NCBI GenBank assembly: GCA_965644295.1 | Contig: CBFFRP010000204.1 | Coordinates: 12,354 to 76,353 of the forward strand | Direction of reading: 5' to 3' | Source of the DNA: Paraphysomonas bandaiensis | Lineage: Eukaryota > Protista > Chrysophyceae | Length of the DNA stretch: 64,000 nucleotides | In this document: positions 13,311 through 24,080 of the stretch, piece by piece | Layout: each line of letters starts with the position of its first letter | Position numbering within the stretch: position 1 is the first letter of the stretch | Notes under the pieces: generated by a model | Told to the model about the DNA's origin: nothing | What the model saw: only the letters and a program-made list of their open reading frames with translations | Databases searched by the model: none | Program-made: the position numbers and the translations under genes

Positions 13311-14516
13311 GACCCAAAGGTTGAACGTTTTGCAAAAGAGGAATGGACTCAACTGCAGTTCATTTTTGAAAGAGTCGAGCCCTCGGAGAGGTATGAGCAT
13401 GGCGTGAAAGCTACTTGTCGGCCGTATGCAAAAGATGAAGTGGTTGAGATTGTGGATGACCCTGACCAGGATTCGATCACCGGGCTGATCCCTCAGCTTA
13501 CCAAGGTCAACATTCAACCTGCAGATGAAGACCCTCCCTTCAATTTTTTATTGCGGTTACCACGAGAGGCTAAAGTATTTAAGCCGGAGCCTTTTGTTGC
13601 GATGAGTAGACAACATGCATTAGTTTGCTCAAATAAGATGATTCAATCCTACACTGGTAAGAATCCTGCTGTGGTGGAGAGTTGGACGCGGTGGAGAGAC
13701 AGTGTGTTGCCACAGTCTGATGATGCAGATGAATACGTAGCCGAGCATCCCATGTACATTCCCTTTAAAGACCAACTCTTCTCTGGTAATCCAGCTCCAG
13801 AGAGGAGTTCATTGGAAAGAGCAGATCATGCTACAGCCCTTGATGGCGTGACTCTTCCGCCAATGAGAGTTGTCGAGAGTACAACAAGCAGTCTGTGTCA
13901 CTCTGGGAAGCCCAAACCTTCTTCCAAAAAACACGAGACACCTGCTCGTCTTGTAGTCCGTGAGAGGGATGGTTCTGTGCCATCTCAACCAAAGGAGGCC
14001 CGGGCAGGAATTATTGTTACCCAGAAGACTCCAAGAAAAACGCAGACGAAGAAGGGGTATTCATCTGGCAAGAAGAAGGAGTCAGCGACAAAGAAGAAGG
14101 GCTCTTCTTTCAACTCTGACATGATTACTAGTGACGATATTGATGGTTTTGTTGCGGAAGTCGAAGACGAGGAAGAAGAGTCAGAATATGAGGAAGAAGA
14201 AGAGGAGGGAGTTCGAAACTTTGAACTTGGTGCTGTGATTCAGAACATGCATCGCCTGCGCGGGACTATCACAGCTTGTCATGACGATGGATCCTATGAT
14301 GTGAAGTACAAAGACGGTAGAACTGATGAGAATGTGTCTTGGAAGTTGCTGTTCCCTCCTCCGGCTCCTCGAAAGAGTACTTCTAGCAAGAAAGGTTCGT
14401 ATGAAATGATGGTTGTTCCGGATGACTACAAGTGGGTGGATACTGGGGCTGTTTCTTCCGCCATTCACTCTGTATCCGGCAAGCGCAAGCGATCGAATGT
14501 AAATTATAAAATGTGA
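13311..14516 (+). CDS. Transposon-borne protein, probably a 5'-truncated transposase C-terminus, with a Tudor-like domain
   Basis: The frame is open from 13311 (KEEWTQLQFIFERVEPSERYEHGVKATCRPY) with no upstream ATG. Acidic and basic tracts follow. Tudor/SH3-like segment RGTITACHDDGSYDVKYKDGRTDENV; C-terminal NLS KRKR. Confidence 0.55.
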   Translation, partial: DPKVERFAKEEWTQLQFIFERVEPSERYEHGVKATCRPYAKDEVVEIVDDPDQDSITGLIPQLTKVNIQPADEDPPFNFLLRLPREAKVFKPEPFVAMSRQHALVCSNKMIQSYTGKNPAVVESWTRWRDSVLPQSDDADEYVAEHPMYIPFKDQLFSGNPAPERSSLERADHATALDGVTLPPMRVVESTTSSLCHSGKPKPSSKKHETPARLVVRERDGSVPSQPKEARAGIIVTQKTPRKTQTKKGYSSGKKKESATKKKGSSFNSDMITSDDIDGFVAEVEDEEEESEYEEEEEEGVRNFELGAVIQNMHRLRGTITACHDDGSYDVKYKDGRTDENVSWKLLFPPPAPRKSTSSKKGSYEMMVVPDDYKWVDTGAVSSAIHSVSGKRKRSNVNYKM

Positions 14517-14589
14517 ATTGGCTTGGGACTTTTGTATGATTATATGATATTATTTAACGTGTTTTATATATATGAATTTTTACGTATAT

Positions 14590-14801
14590 TATTATAGTTA
14601 ATAGTTATATATTATGGTAATTATAATGCTTGTATCGCTAATTTTATTTTGTAAATAATGAACAAATATAATGTTTTGAGCAGTAGAAACAAGCTACAAA
14701 CATGTTAGAAAGAATCTAGACACATAAAATACAATTTTTTAGGTAATAGCTTATTTGGCCTGGTTTTGACCATTTGACCTGGTCATCGCCTTCCTCCGAC
14801 T
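14590..14801 (-). repeat. Right TIR of the long-TIR transposon
   Basis: ...CCATTTGACCTGGTCATCGCCTTCCTCCGACT, the inverted copy of 11109-11320. Confidence 0.92.
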
Positions 14802-16738
14802 TTAGCACAACCATCACATAGGCCACCCGGTAAAGAAGTAGCATTCATCTCCGACTTCGTTAACTTAATACCCGTTACTAATTTTGACTGTACAGCTTTC
14901 TGTATGAGTCCAATTGAAGAATGTGCCAATCTCTTATGTGCTAGGGTTGCGAGTGGGCCTGAAGCAGTTGAAGCAAGGTGGGATTCGTCAATAGGAGTAC
15001 CGAGGTCTGTTAACGGAATTTCATATAGGCCTCCAACTCTCTTACCCTTTGATAGCAGTATTTCATCTTTATATATCTCAACTGATTGGTTTCCGAACAA
15101 GATTTTATACCCTAGGTCATCTAATTGGCTGATGGACACGAGTGTCCTTGAAGCATGGTCCACGTGCTTGCACTTGGGGATAATACCAAGTCTTCCATGT
15201 CCTGAAGAGGTCATAGTTGATCCTGACTTAGCTGTTTGAATGTCGGTGAGGCATTCCTCATAATTGGTGATGTATCCGGCTTCAGGTGTGATGGAGACTG
15301 TGCAGCCAGAATCAAGGGTCCCCATTCCGGCTTCTTGATCAAAAACGAAGTTCGTTTCGTCGTTTGTTGGATATCCGACTCCTCCGAAGTCTCGTCCTTT
15401 CTGTTGTAGTGGACCACTGTCTTCATAATCTGCAAACTGGTCGGATTCGTCGTTTTCAGTGCTCTGGTGGGTCTGGAATCTAACTTTTTTGAATTTCCTA
15501 CTGGTTGATTTGTTTCCAGAGGAATTCTTCATCTGTTGGATTCTTTCCCATGAGTGTTTGCATTCTGAAGCGATGTGTCCTTTTCCATCGCATCGGAAAC
15601 ACTTAATGTCCTTGTCAGCTCTCTTGTCATGTTTCGGTTTATTGGAACGGTTTCTGAAAGATGTCCCCTTTTTGCGCTTGGAATTCACTTTATTTCGGGA
15701 AAATGGGGGTTTTGAGGCTGCAAGCTGAATACTGTCGGTTTTTGTTTCTTCGTTGCTTGACAAGAGCATTCCAACAGACGAGCTTCCTAATCCGCGTAGT
15801 CTGCGTATGAGTGTTTTGTAGTCATCGATAGGGTGCATCTGCAGGTTGATCGCCAGTTCACGATACGTCATATTTTCTTTGGATACCAGGCCTTGTCGAA
15901 TGCGTGATATGAGATCTTGGTCACTTATCCGATGACCATAATTAATCAGCTTGTTTCGGAGCTTTTCGACAGCGTCAAGAAAGTTGATTATCGACTGACC
16001 TTTTTTGATTTTTATGCTCTGAAACTGGCCAATCAGATCGGTGATTACATCGTTAGTCGTTTTTTCTTTGAAGTGGTTGAGCAAGTCCGTCCAGGCGGTT
16101 TTACCGTCTCCATCGGGGACGTTCTCCAAAATCCCCTCAGCCTCTTCATTCTGACCAATGATAGAGCTTGCAATGACTGACCATAGGTAGTTATTACCTT
16201 CATCATAATATCGTTTCGCATCCTGATACTGTTCGAGTCGATACTGGTAGTCCTCGTCATCTGAGTTTTCTCCTGCTTCAGGCTCAATTGGGTGATCGTT
16301 CTGTAGAGTATAAACGATCTTAGGCTTGCTGATAGAACCATGCACGGCACTTCTTCTGCCACCTGGAGAAGTTCTTCGCATCGAATTTTGGCATTGAGTC
16401 CTTTCGCTTGTCGGTTGTCGAATCCGAGTCGGTTGAGTCGTAACTTGTAACTTTAACTGACATCTCGCTACCAAATAAAGAATTGATCTTTATAATAGTA
16501 AAACAATGTTGTGATTATTAGAGTGTAAGTAATGAACACGATAGAGTGAAAATTATGAATAACAATATAGAACGTACTATCATGCACAACGGAATAGTTA
16601 GAAGTGTAACTGATAATGACGACGTTATGATGACGATCACGTATCTTCGACAGATACTCTCTCTAATTCAGTTCATGGTATATTTCATTGAACATTATAA
16701 CTCACAGATACAATCATGTGTTAAGCTGAATCCTAATA
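14802..16738 (-). mobile_element. Ty1/Copia element 5' half: LTR, PBS, gag, protease, GAG-pre-integrase; truncated at the TIR transposon
   Basis: LTR 16476-16738. PBS TGGTAGCGAG at 16473-16464, gag ATG at 16463, one frameshift near 16330. Zinc knuckle CFRCDGKGHIASEC, protease LDSGCT, integrase HHCC motif HKRLAH...CDGC. Confidence 0.92.
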
Positions 16739-17086
16739 CTATGTGTTGCCACAGTTATTCAATGGATGTACATTATTCGTATTGAGTATGTATGGATAGT
16801 TATCCACATTCCAAACACTCCTTTTTCGAATTTCCATTACCACATTACTACAACACACACATAATAGTATCCAACAAGAAACTTATTATTAAAACGAAAG
16901 TGCATTGCAGGATAATGGTGGCGAATAAATACAAATCTATATACAGAGATGCTTTGTATAACACATGAAATAATGGTGTAAGACGACAGCACAAAGAGCG
17001 CACGGAGCAATTGTTATTCAATGGTCAGATAATGAAAGAGATATGTACAATCATATATAAAACACATGTCATCGTGTCAGTACGAG

Positions 17087-17467
17087 TCACTCGGAGTCGC
17101 AAATAGGTCCCACGCCTACATCGATGGATAGATAGTCGGAACACAATGGGTTTCCTGTGCTCCCATAGCCTTCATTTAACCCTTCGTTCATATCTGATGT
17201 TGTATACCTTCTCCGTCTCGTCGGCTTATTCGCAGCAGGAGGATATACAGTGGAGTATGACTCCATGCTGTGTCTTCTGGTTAGCTTATTCTCAACAAAC
17301 TTATGTCCGTTTCGAAGAACCTTAGAAGGCGCAAATGACAAGTGCAAAGTTTCTTTTTCTTTCAGTGTCGCAGATTTCTCCCCTGAAGAGTGTGGAGACG
17401 TGAAATCAGCATACTTACTACACCACATCGGATAGTGGAGGTGTTGACTCTTAGAATTCTGGCTCAT
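17087..17467 (-). CDS. Hypothetical protein
   Basis: 126-codon ORF with gene-like GC content, divergent from the methyltransferase gene. No recognisable motif. Confidence 0.35.
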   Translation of the reverse strand: MSQNSKSQHLHYPMWCSKYADFTSPHSSGEKSATLKEKETLHLSFAPSKVLRNGHKFVENKLTRRHSMESYSTVYPPAANKPTRRRRYTTSDMNEGLNEGYGSTGNPLCSDYLSIDVGVGPICDSE

Positions 17468-17855
17468 AAACACTCTCTATTTCCCGATGGCATTCAGCAT
17501 CAGTGAATTAATCATTCCTAATATGGTTCAATTATTATACTGCCCTCCTCATCGTCTCGTGGATCTCCAGCATCACTGTCAGATACACACACACAACAGT
17601 GACGAGTGCGGAGTTCTAACAAAAACGTACATTCCGGATACATGAAAAGAACATCCAACATCTGATCCGGATAAAGTTCAAGAACAGTCCTGCCATCACG
17701 AGCAGCAGCAAAACACCCTTACAAACAAAAAAATCGACCCAGCATACTGCTGTGTACTGTGTACGTCCCACCATCTCCGGGCGGATAGTGTATATATAGA
17801 TATATAGTATATCTACAGCTGAAGGATTGTCATTCCTGTAAGGCTTGAGTTACTT

Positions 17856-18686
17856 ATGTCGTGGTTGAGCGGAAAATGGATATCGACATATGCTATACTC
17901 GTTATCCCCATTTTATCGGTGGTTGTGTACTTGTGCACGCAGGATGTTGCTACAGACATGATGAGGGAGCCGCACCCTTCCACAGCCGCTGTTGTGCAGT
18001 TCTATGATTTGGTGGGAGGTATACTGATGAACGATTACTACCACTGGGCGTTTGAAGAGAAGGCTATGGATGAAATGATCGAGCACTGTGGCCTGCGTCA
18101 GGGACAGACTATCCTGGAGGTGGGTCCTGGAAGTGGATTTCTAGGTCGTAAAGTTCTCCAGAATTTAACCGCTGAAATATCCGAAGGAGACAACAACGTG
18201 ACGTATATTGGAGTTGATATGAGTAGGACGATGTATGACATTGCGACACAGACATTGAAGCCATATATTGACGCTGGAGTCGCAAGTTTGTACCTCACGA
18301 ATGATACGTTTGGGTTTATATCGGACTCCGATCTAAAAGTTGATCGAGTTATTTTTACTTATGTACTTGATCTGCTCCCTACCGCTGTTATTGATAAGTT
18401 TGCCTCTTTATGGTATGAAAAGCTGCAGCTTCATTCCACTTCGAAAGTTTGCGTTGTCAATCTCACATACGGTCAGACCTATTTATCTAGGTTCGTGACG
18501 AACGTATGGCTAGTGCTGTATAGAGTTTTAGGAGGAGAGTATGTAGGAGGATGTAGACCGATTAGAATTCTTGATTTCTTTCGTGTCTCGGATGGCTACC
18601 AGGTCGAGTACAAATCTAACGTTGTGAGTTTCGGACTACCTTCTGAAGTTGTTGTTCTTTCGATACAATCTTCAAGCAGGCAGTGA
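17856..18686 (+). CDS. Class I SAM-dependent methyltransferase with N-terminal membrane anchor
   Basis: Motif I ILEVGPGSG, GVDMSRTM, DRVIFTYVLDLL, GGCRPI. Hydrophobic N-terminus; single exon. Confidence 0.85.
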   Translation: MSWLSGKWISTYAILVIPILSVVVYLCTQDVATDMMREPHPSTAAVVQFYDLVGGILMNDYYHWAFEEKAMDEMIEHCGLRQGQTILEVGPGSGFLGRKVLQNLTAEISEGDNNVTYIGVDMSRTMYDIATQTLKPYIDAGVASLYLTNDTFGFISDSDLKVDRVIFTYVLDLLPTAVIDKFASLWYEKLQLHSTSKVCVVNLTYGQTYLSRFVTNVWLVLYRVLGGEYVGGCRPIRILDFFRVSDGYQVEYKSNVVSFGLPSEVVVLSIQSSSRQ

Positions 18687-19334
18687 CTTAAATATTTGCC
18701 TATTATGTATGGGATTTCATTTACACATATGATCGCAATAGTAAGTACACAGTGATGATAGAGAATTCTGTTTCTTTTGTGTCTCACTGCTTGATTATAA
18801 TCCTAAATACATGGATGTTATATCTTTCATGTAATTTCTCTTGTATCTTTGTACGAGCTACAAGTTTCTCTTCTTATCTGAATAATTTTAGATAAGTTTT
18901 TTTCTCCACAAGAGATATGTACAACAGTTAAGTTATCAATTACTACAATGTGGTACGTAAGTAATAAGTGCTTGACCATTAGAGAAATAATATAGGTTAT
19001 AGTACTTCAGACAGGGCAAAGAGGAAAAATATTCCAAGAGACGTTCGCATACTTCATGACTTTGCCAAAATATTATATACAAATTACTACATCTAGCTCT
19101 TCACCAGTCCTTGCGATTTACTATCTATTACTTAGAAGCAAAGCCCATGCTTTATGCTTTATTCCAAACATACTTGTCAAAAAACTCCTTAGAACGTATC
19201 CTTATGACTACTCCTCTCTTTGGTTAAGAAATCAGGATATAATCCGGCAACACCATTAATATTACGTGATTTCTTCTGTCAACAATAGTAATATAATTAA
19301 CTTTACAGATTCAATACAGCCATATGCTGCGTCC

Positions 19335-21355
19335 CTACGTCAGCACAGTTCCTATTTTATCAACCAACAGTCGTGCGACTAATTCCTCTTGCCGTTTCAT
19401 TCGTTTTTCCAATCCATCTAAACGGACCTGTGAACACACGATTATTATGAAGTTGAATAAAATAGTACAATACGAACCGACCTCTATACTCTCCCTCATC
19501 GCATTTACTGCGTCCAGAATTCTATCCACCGCAGGATCTCCCATCATTGCGGATTTACTACTTTGTAAAGCTCGATCATCTTCATTCGAATGCACAGGCT
19601 CCTGTGTAAGAGTTCCAACTACTGGCTCATATAAGAGAGTTGTACGGAATTTTCCAGAAGTAGAGGCAGACGCCTGAAAGTAGCCATGAGTAAGACATCT
19701 AGTTGCAAAGTGGTTCAGTATTCAACAAAATATCAAGGTTATCGCAAACTAAGGATGTTTAATATACCAGATGTGTGTCAATAGATTCTCCAGAGAGGAC
19801 GAGCAATACAATATCTGCTGCAGTACTGATTTTAGAGTCTACTCCCTTTCGCGAATGGAACGCTAAACCTTTACACCTCCCCTACTTTAGGCATTACAGT
19901 TAATATGAAATACTAAAATAAAACCTTTTCTTTCAATGAAATCACTCGCTCTCTTGTTGCTTTCCAATCCCCATTACCAATACCAGAGGGGTAAACTCTG
20001 TAGATGGCAACAAGGGGGCTACAAGACGACCCCACTGCTATCCACATCTCTTCCGACGGGACACTCACTGACGTACAGGCCAAAACATCCGGTCTTACAA
20101 GAGGCGTCGAAACTGAGACCTGGTTATCAACATCGCATAGTTCGGGTGCATCGCGCAAGTCCAAGGTAAACGTACACAGAGGGGAAAACACCGGCGGTGA
20201 ATTTGTGGAAGACCGTTGAACAGACACAACACACACAACCCCACTTGATCCTGTTGACTCCTTTTCCTGTATTACGCCGGAACCAAACGTATTCGAGGCA
20301 TTTGGCCCGTTGTGTATTGTTTTCAGGGTGGAAAGGGGAGATTTGTTGAAATGAAGGGGGCCGTTAAAGTGTTGGACATGCAGTGCTTCCGCTATCGGCG
20401 TTCCTGGTAAAACATGTGGGAATGCACCACGGGTCCGATCCAGCTCAAACACACTTGAACTGTCCTCTTTTTCGTTCTCTCCTTCTTCACTAGCATCCAA
20501 GGGGTTGTCGACAGAGTCGATCACTGATATCAACGGTTGGCCGGCTGTCGGGGCTGTGGACTGGACAGAAGCTGGAAGTGATATCTCGATAGTGTCCGGG
20601 CAGGACAAAGAGAATGCTGGGCTCGAAAGGCAAAGCTCAGATTCATAAGCAAATACACATACCTCATCGGGCATATTTAAGTCCTGCACACACCACGGAC
20701 AGAGAGAAATACTCCTCGGTACGTACGTACGTTGAACATTGGAAATTAATTTGTCTTTGAGTCCAGTACTCACTACCATTTCTCTACTGTTTGTACAGTC
20801 TATGGCGCGGGCCCCGGATGGCGTACCGTGTAAAAGGGTTTGGTGGGATGATGCCACAATACCTCCAGAACCCGGTTTGCTTAGAATCTCACTGATAGCA
20901 CCCGTAGTGATTGAAACACTTTGCACACCTCTTGGCGACGCCACCCACATTTCATCAACAGATACACTGCTCCACACCAAACACACCACAGGTACAGTCC
21001 TCCCAAATTTGATTGTTTCGTGTAAGCAGGGAGGACATTGAGTGGCGTTCCACAGCTGAATGCAGTCGTCACAGCAGATGGCCAAAAAGTCGGCATATTT
21101 TTCACACGGACCCCATGCTAAGTCGTGAATTGTGGATGTAACGGGTATCACTGTCTGAAGTACATTAGTACCACCGCCAATATTAACTTTATCTAAATCA
21201 ACTCCATCCTCGTCCACAACAGCCACTCTCCCACGCAACGATACAGCTGCATGCACCACATTATATCACACCCTCCCGCGCCATACACGAACCATACCTG
21301 ATCGAAGGTAATTGCAGGAGAACTTCCTCAGTGTGCAGCCTTTGCTTAGCTCCAT
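19335..21355 (-). CDS. WDCP: WD repeat and coiled-coil protein (WDCP/C2orf44-like), multi-exon
   Basis: Splicing 21297->21247 gives MELSKGCTLRKFSCNYLRSAVS, resembling the animal WDCP N-terminus MELGKGKLLRTGLNALHQAV. Later motifs HDLAWGP, LVRPDVLA..IAVGSS and CKGLAF; C-terminal coiled coil. Confidence 0.7.
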
Positions 21356-21767
21356 TGCACTTGACTCGCACCAGAGGAGTGGACTGTGAGTGCTGTATGG
21401 CTAAAGGAGTCTCACTGGATGTGGTCACTACGATGTACAGCATTTACGTAACTTTACACTCGAAAACCTCAGTAAATTATTTGTAAAACCTACTATTCAG
21501 GTTTTCCTAGAATTAAAACCACTGATTTCCTAAAAAGCAGGCAAAATATCATTCTTATTTTATTCAGAAGGTACTGTGAACTGTGTCAAACTATTCTGCA
21601 TCATTTTTTCCAATCAATAACTCTCGGAGTAAAATGATTAGTCCACATTACGTTCTAAAGTTGGAAGAGAATCGAACAGCTGGAAAGCTCTGTTTGTAGA
21701 TGACTCCATCACTCCACCCCAACCAGTCGACACAACACATCTGATAAAGTAAACGGACTAAGGAATA

Positions 21768-23118
21768 ATGGATTTTGTAAAGGAAGCTGGAAGAAAGTTA
21801 AAGCATGCCTTGCATATAGACAGCAAAAGGGTGTATGATTTCGAAGAGGGAAGTGAGGACAAGAAGCTATTCGGGATGAAAGGATCGGCCCTCTGTGAGT
21901 TAAGTAATATGAAATTACCAGTTCCCCCGGGTTTCATTATTACATCTGATAACTTTCTGGAATACCTTGATCATGGTGAAGGGCTCAGTGATAAGCTCAA
22001 GGCCGATTACCGGCTACACATCCGTAGGCTTGAAAACAAAACTGGACGCGTTTTCGGAGGCGCGGCCTCTGATGGAAAAAGCTTGCCACTGCTACTATCT
22101 GTTCGTGCTACTGCTTCCATTATTGTTCCGGGGTAAGTTTCTGAATGATCTGTGCGAATCTTTTGTCCTCAAGATTCAACTCTGATAGAATAATGGATAC
22201 TATTCTGAATGTCGGGATGAATGACAGCGTCGTAAGCTACCTTGTGTCCCTCAATCAAGGATATATAAAGTTTGCATTGGATCTTCACCGAAGATTTTTA
22301 TACATGTTTGGAGTTTTGGTACTTCGTAACAGTACAGTAAAATATGAGCGCGTAATGGATACTGCAATGGAAATGGACAACGCAGATACTGTAGCCCAAC
22401 TTTCCTGCCAGAGCCTGACATATGTGGTTGGCGAATTTAAAAGGTTTACTGCCGCGCCCAATGACCCCTACGAACAACTAGATATGGTCATAGAAGCCAT
22501 GTACCAGCATTCCCTGTCTCCCAGGTTTTAAATTACAATACCTTCAATGTGTATCGTTACCTAATAACTTGTATGTAGGGTATCTGAGTACTTGGACTCT
22601 TATGCGACATCTATTCCTCAGATTCCTCGATCCTTGGCTGTTATTGTCCAAATGATGGTGTACGGAAATCTAAACAGCAACTCAGGTTGTGGGGTGGCAT
22701 TCAGTCGACCTCTATCACAAGATAACGATGCGGATGGTCGACCTGTGGGAGAGTTTTTGGCTAAAGCGGAAGGGAAAGAGGTCTTGGAAGGAGATAGAAA
22801 CGCAACACCCATTGAGGTTATTAAACGTTCTATCAAAGTTATTTCTTTGACATAATTTCTCTACAGGACTTTAGTTGTACAATGCCAAAATCGTACAGTG
22901 ATCTCGAGAAACATATGTCGGTCCTTGAAGAGAAACATAAAGCTGTCGAATATGTGGAGTTTACTGTGGAAGACGGTGTACTGTATGTACTTGAGACAAG
23001 TGCTGTAAATTTACAGCCTAACAAGAAAGAAGCGCGGTTTGTTGTTTACTATGATCTACTCCGCAAACTTCAAGAAGAGGAAGAAAATGAAGAATGCAAG
23101 GAGCTGCTCAATTCGTAA
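21768..23118 (+). CDS. Pyruvate,phosphate dikinase-like protein, nucleotide-binding (ATP-grasp) module only, 4 exons
   Basis: KLPVPPGFIIT, PLLLSVR, MDTILNVGMND, VQMMVYGN, GEFLAKAEG, VEFTVEDGVLYVL. Stops before the phospho-His and PEP-binding domains. Confidence 0.8.
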
Positions 23119-24080
23119 CTAGAAGCAGAAAAAGTACGTGCTTCAAAATTACGTTTCAAGGTGGAAGACAGGAGAATTCACATGTTATAAACTCGTCTAT
23201 ATAGACTTCTAATATAGAGTAAGATGTTAATAATTCTAAGTGTAGCTATGGTGTCAATTTCTTGGTGATAGTGATGATTTACGCTTTGCATCCATGATAT
23301 TGTCACGATATCTAGCAGTCTAACACAACTCAGCAAGTATTCTGTCTTATAAAACTCATCATATAAATTTCGTTAACAAATACACACAACCGCTACCAAT
23401 TGACGACTTAAGAATTAAGCACCACTCTAAGTTGAAGGGATTTTTGAAGCACGCGTGTACTGTGCAAAGAGAGCTATGAAGTTGTGGCCTAGAAATCATA
23501 TCGCAGATGAATATATGAATGAAAATAGATATAATATAGAATATAGATGTCGGAAATATACTAGTATCTACTAAACTTATTCGACATTCCTACAAAACTA
23601 AAAGAGTCATTTTGCGGAAGAACCTAATCAATTGAAACTTTTTTTCAGGAATTCCTACTGAGTTAATTTTATCATTCTACTAGATTTCAATACGGCTCAA
23701 TTTGCCAATTGCGTAGTTACAACACGTACGGTATATAGAAATGAATACATTATTACGAGTGTCGTTTTAGTGAATATAATACAACTTACACGGCAAAGGG
23801 GTTTACAAATTTCAGATCAGAACTGGAGTTTACAACGCCAAGATAGCCACAAGCTTTGGGTGATCATTTCCAAAAATATACCTAATGTACTCCATACCCA
23901 TGACATGGAAGTATTCATATGGCGACAGCTTATGTCGGCGATGCCGATAGATTCATAACATAACATGGCAGCAGCGGTATTAACACAGAGAAGAGTTAAG
24001 AGTATAGACATCAATATTCATCAGTATGCACAACATAATATAGAGATACAATAGCATTATGGCCAGTAATATGATACATG

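Larger units (their letters stand above)
11109..14801. mobile_element. DNA transposon with 212-bp terminal inverted repeats and two divergent genes
   Basis: 11109-11320 is the reverse complement of 14590-14801 with one visible mismatch. TTA flanks both sides (alternatively TTAA/TTTA if the ends are GTC...GAC). Confidence 0.92.
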
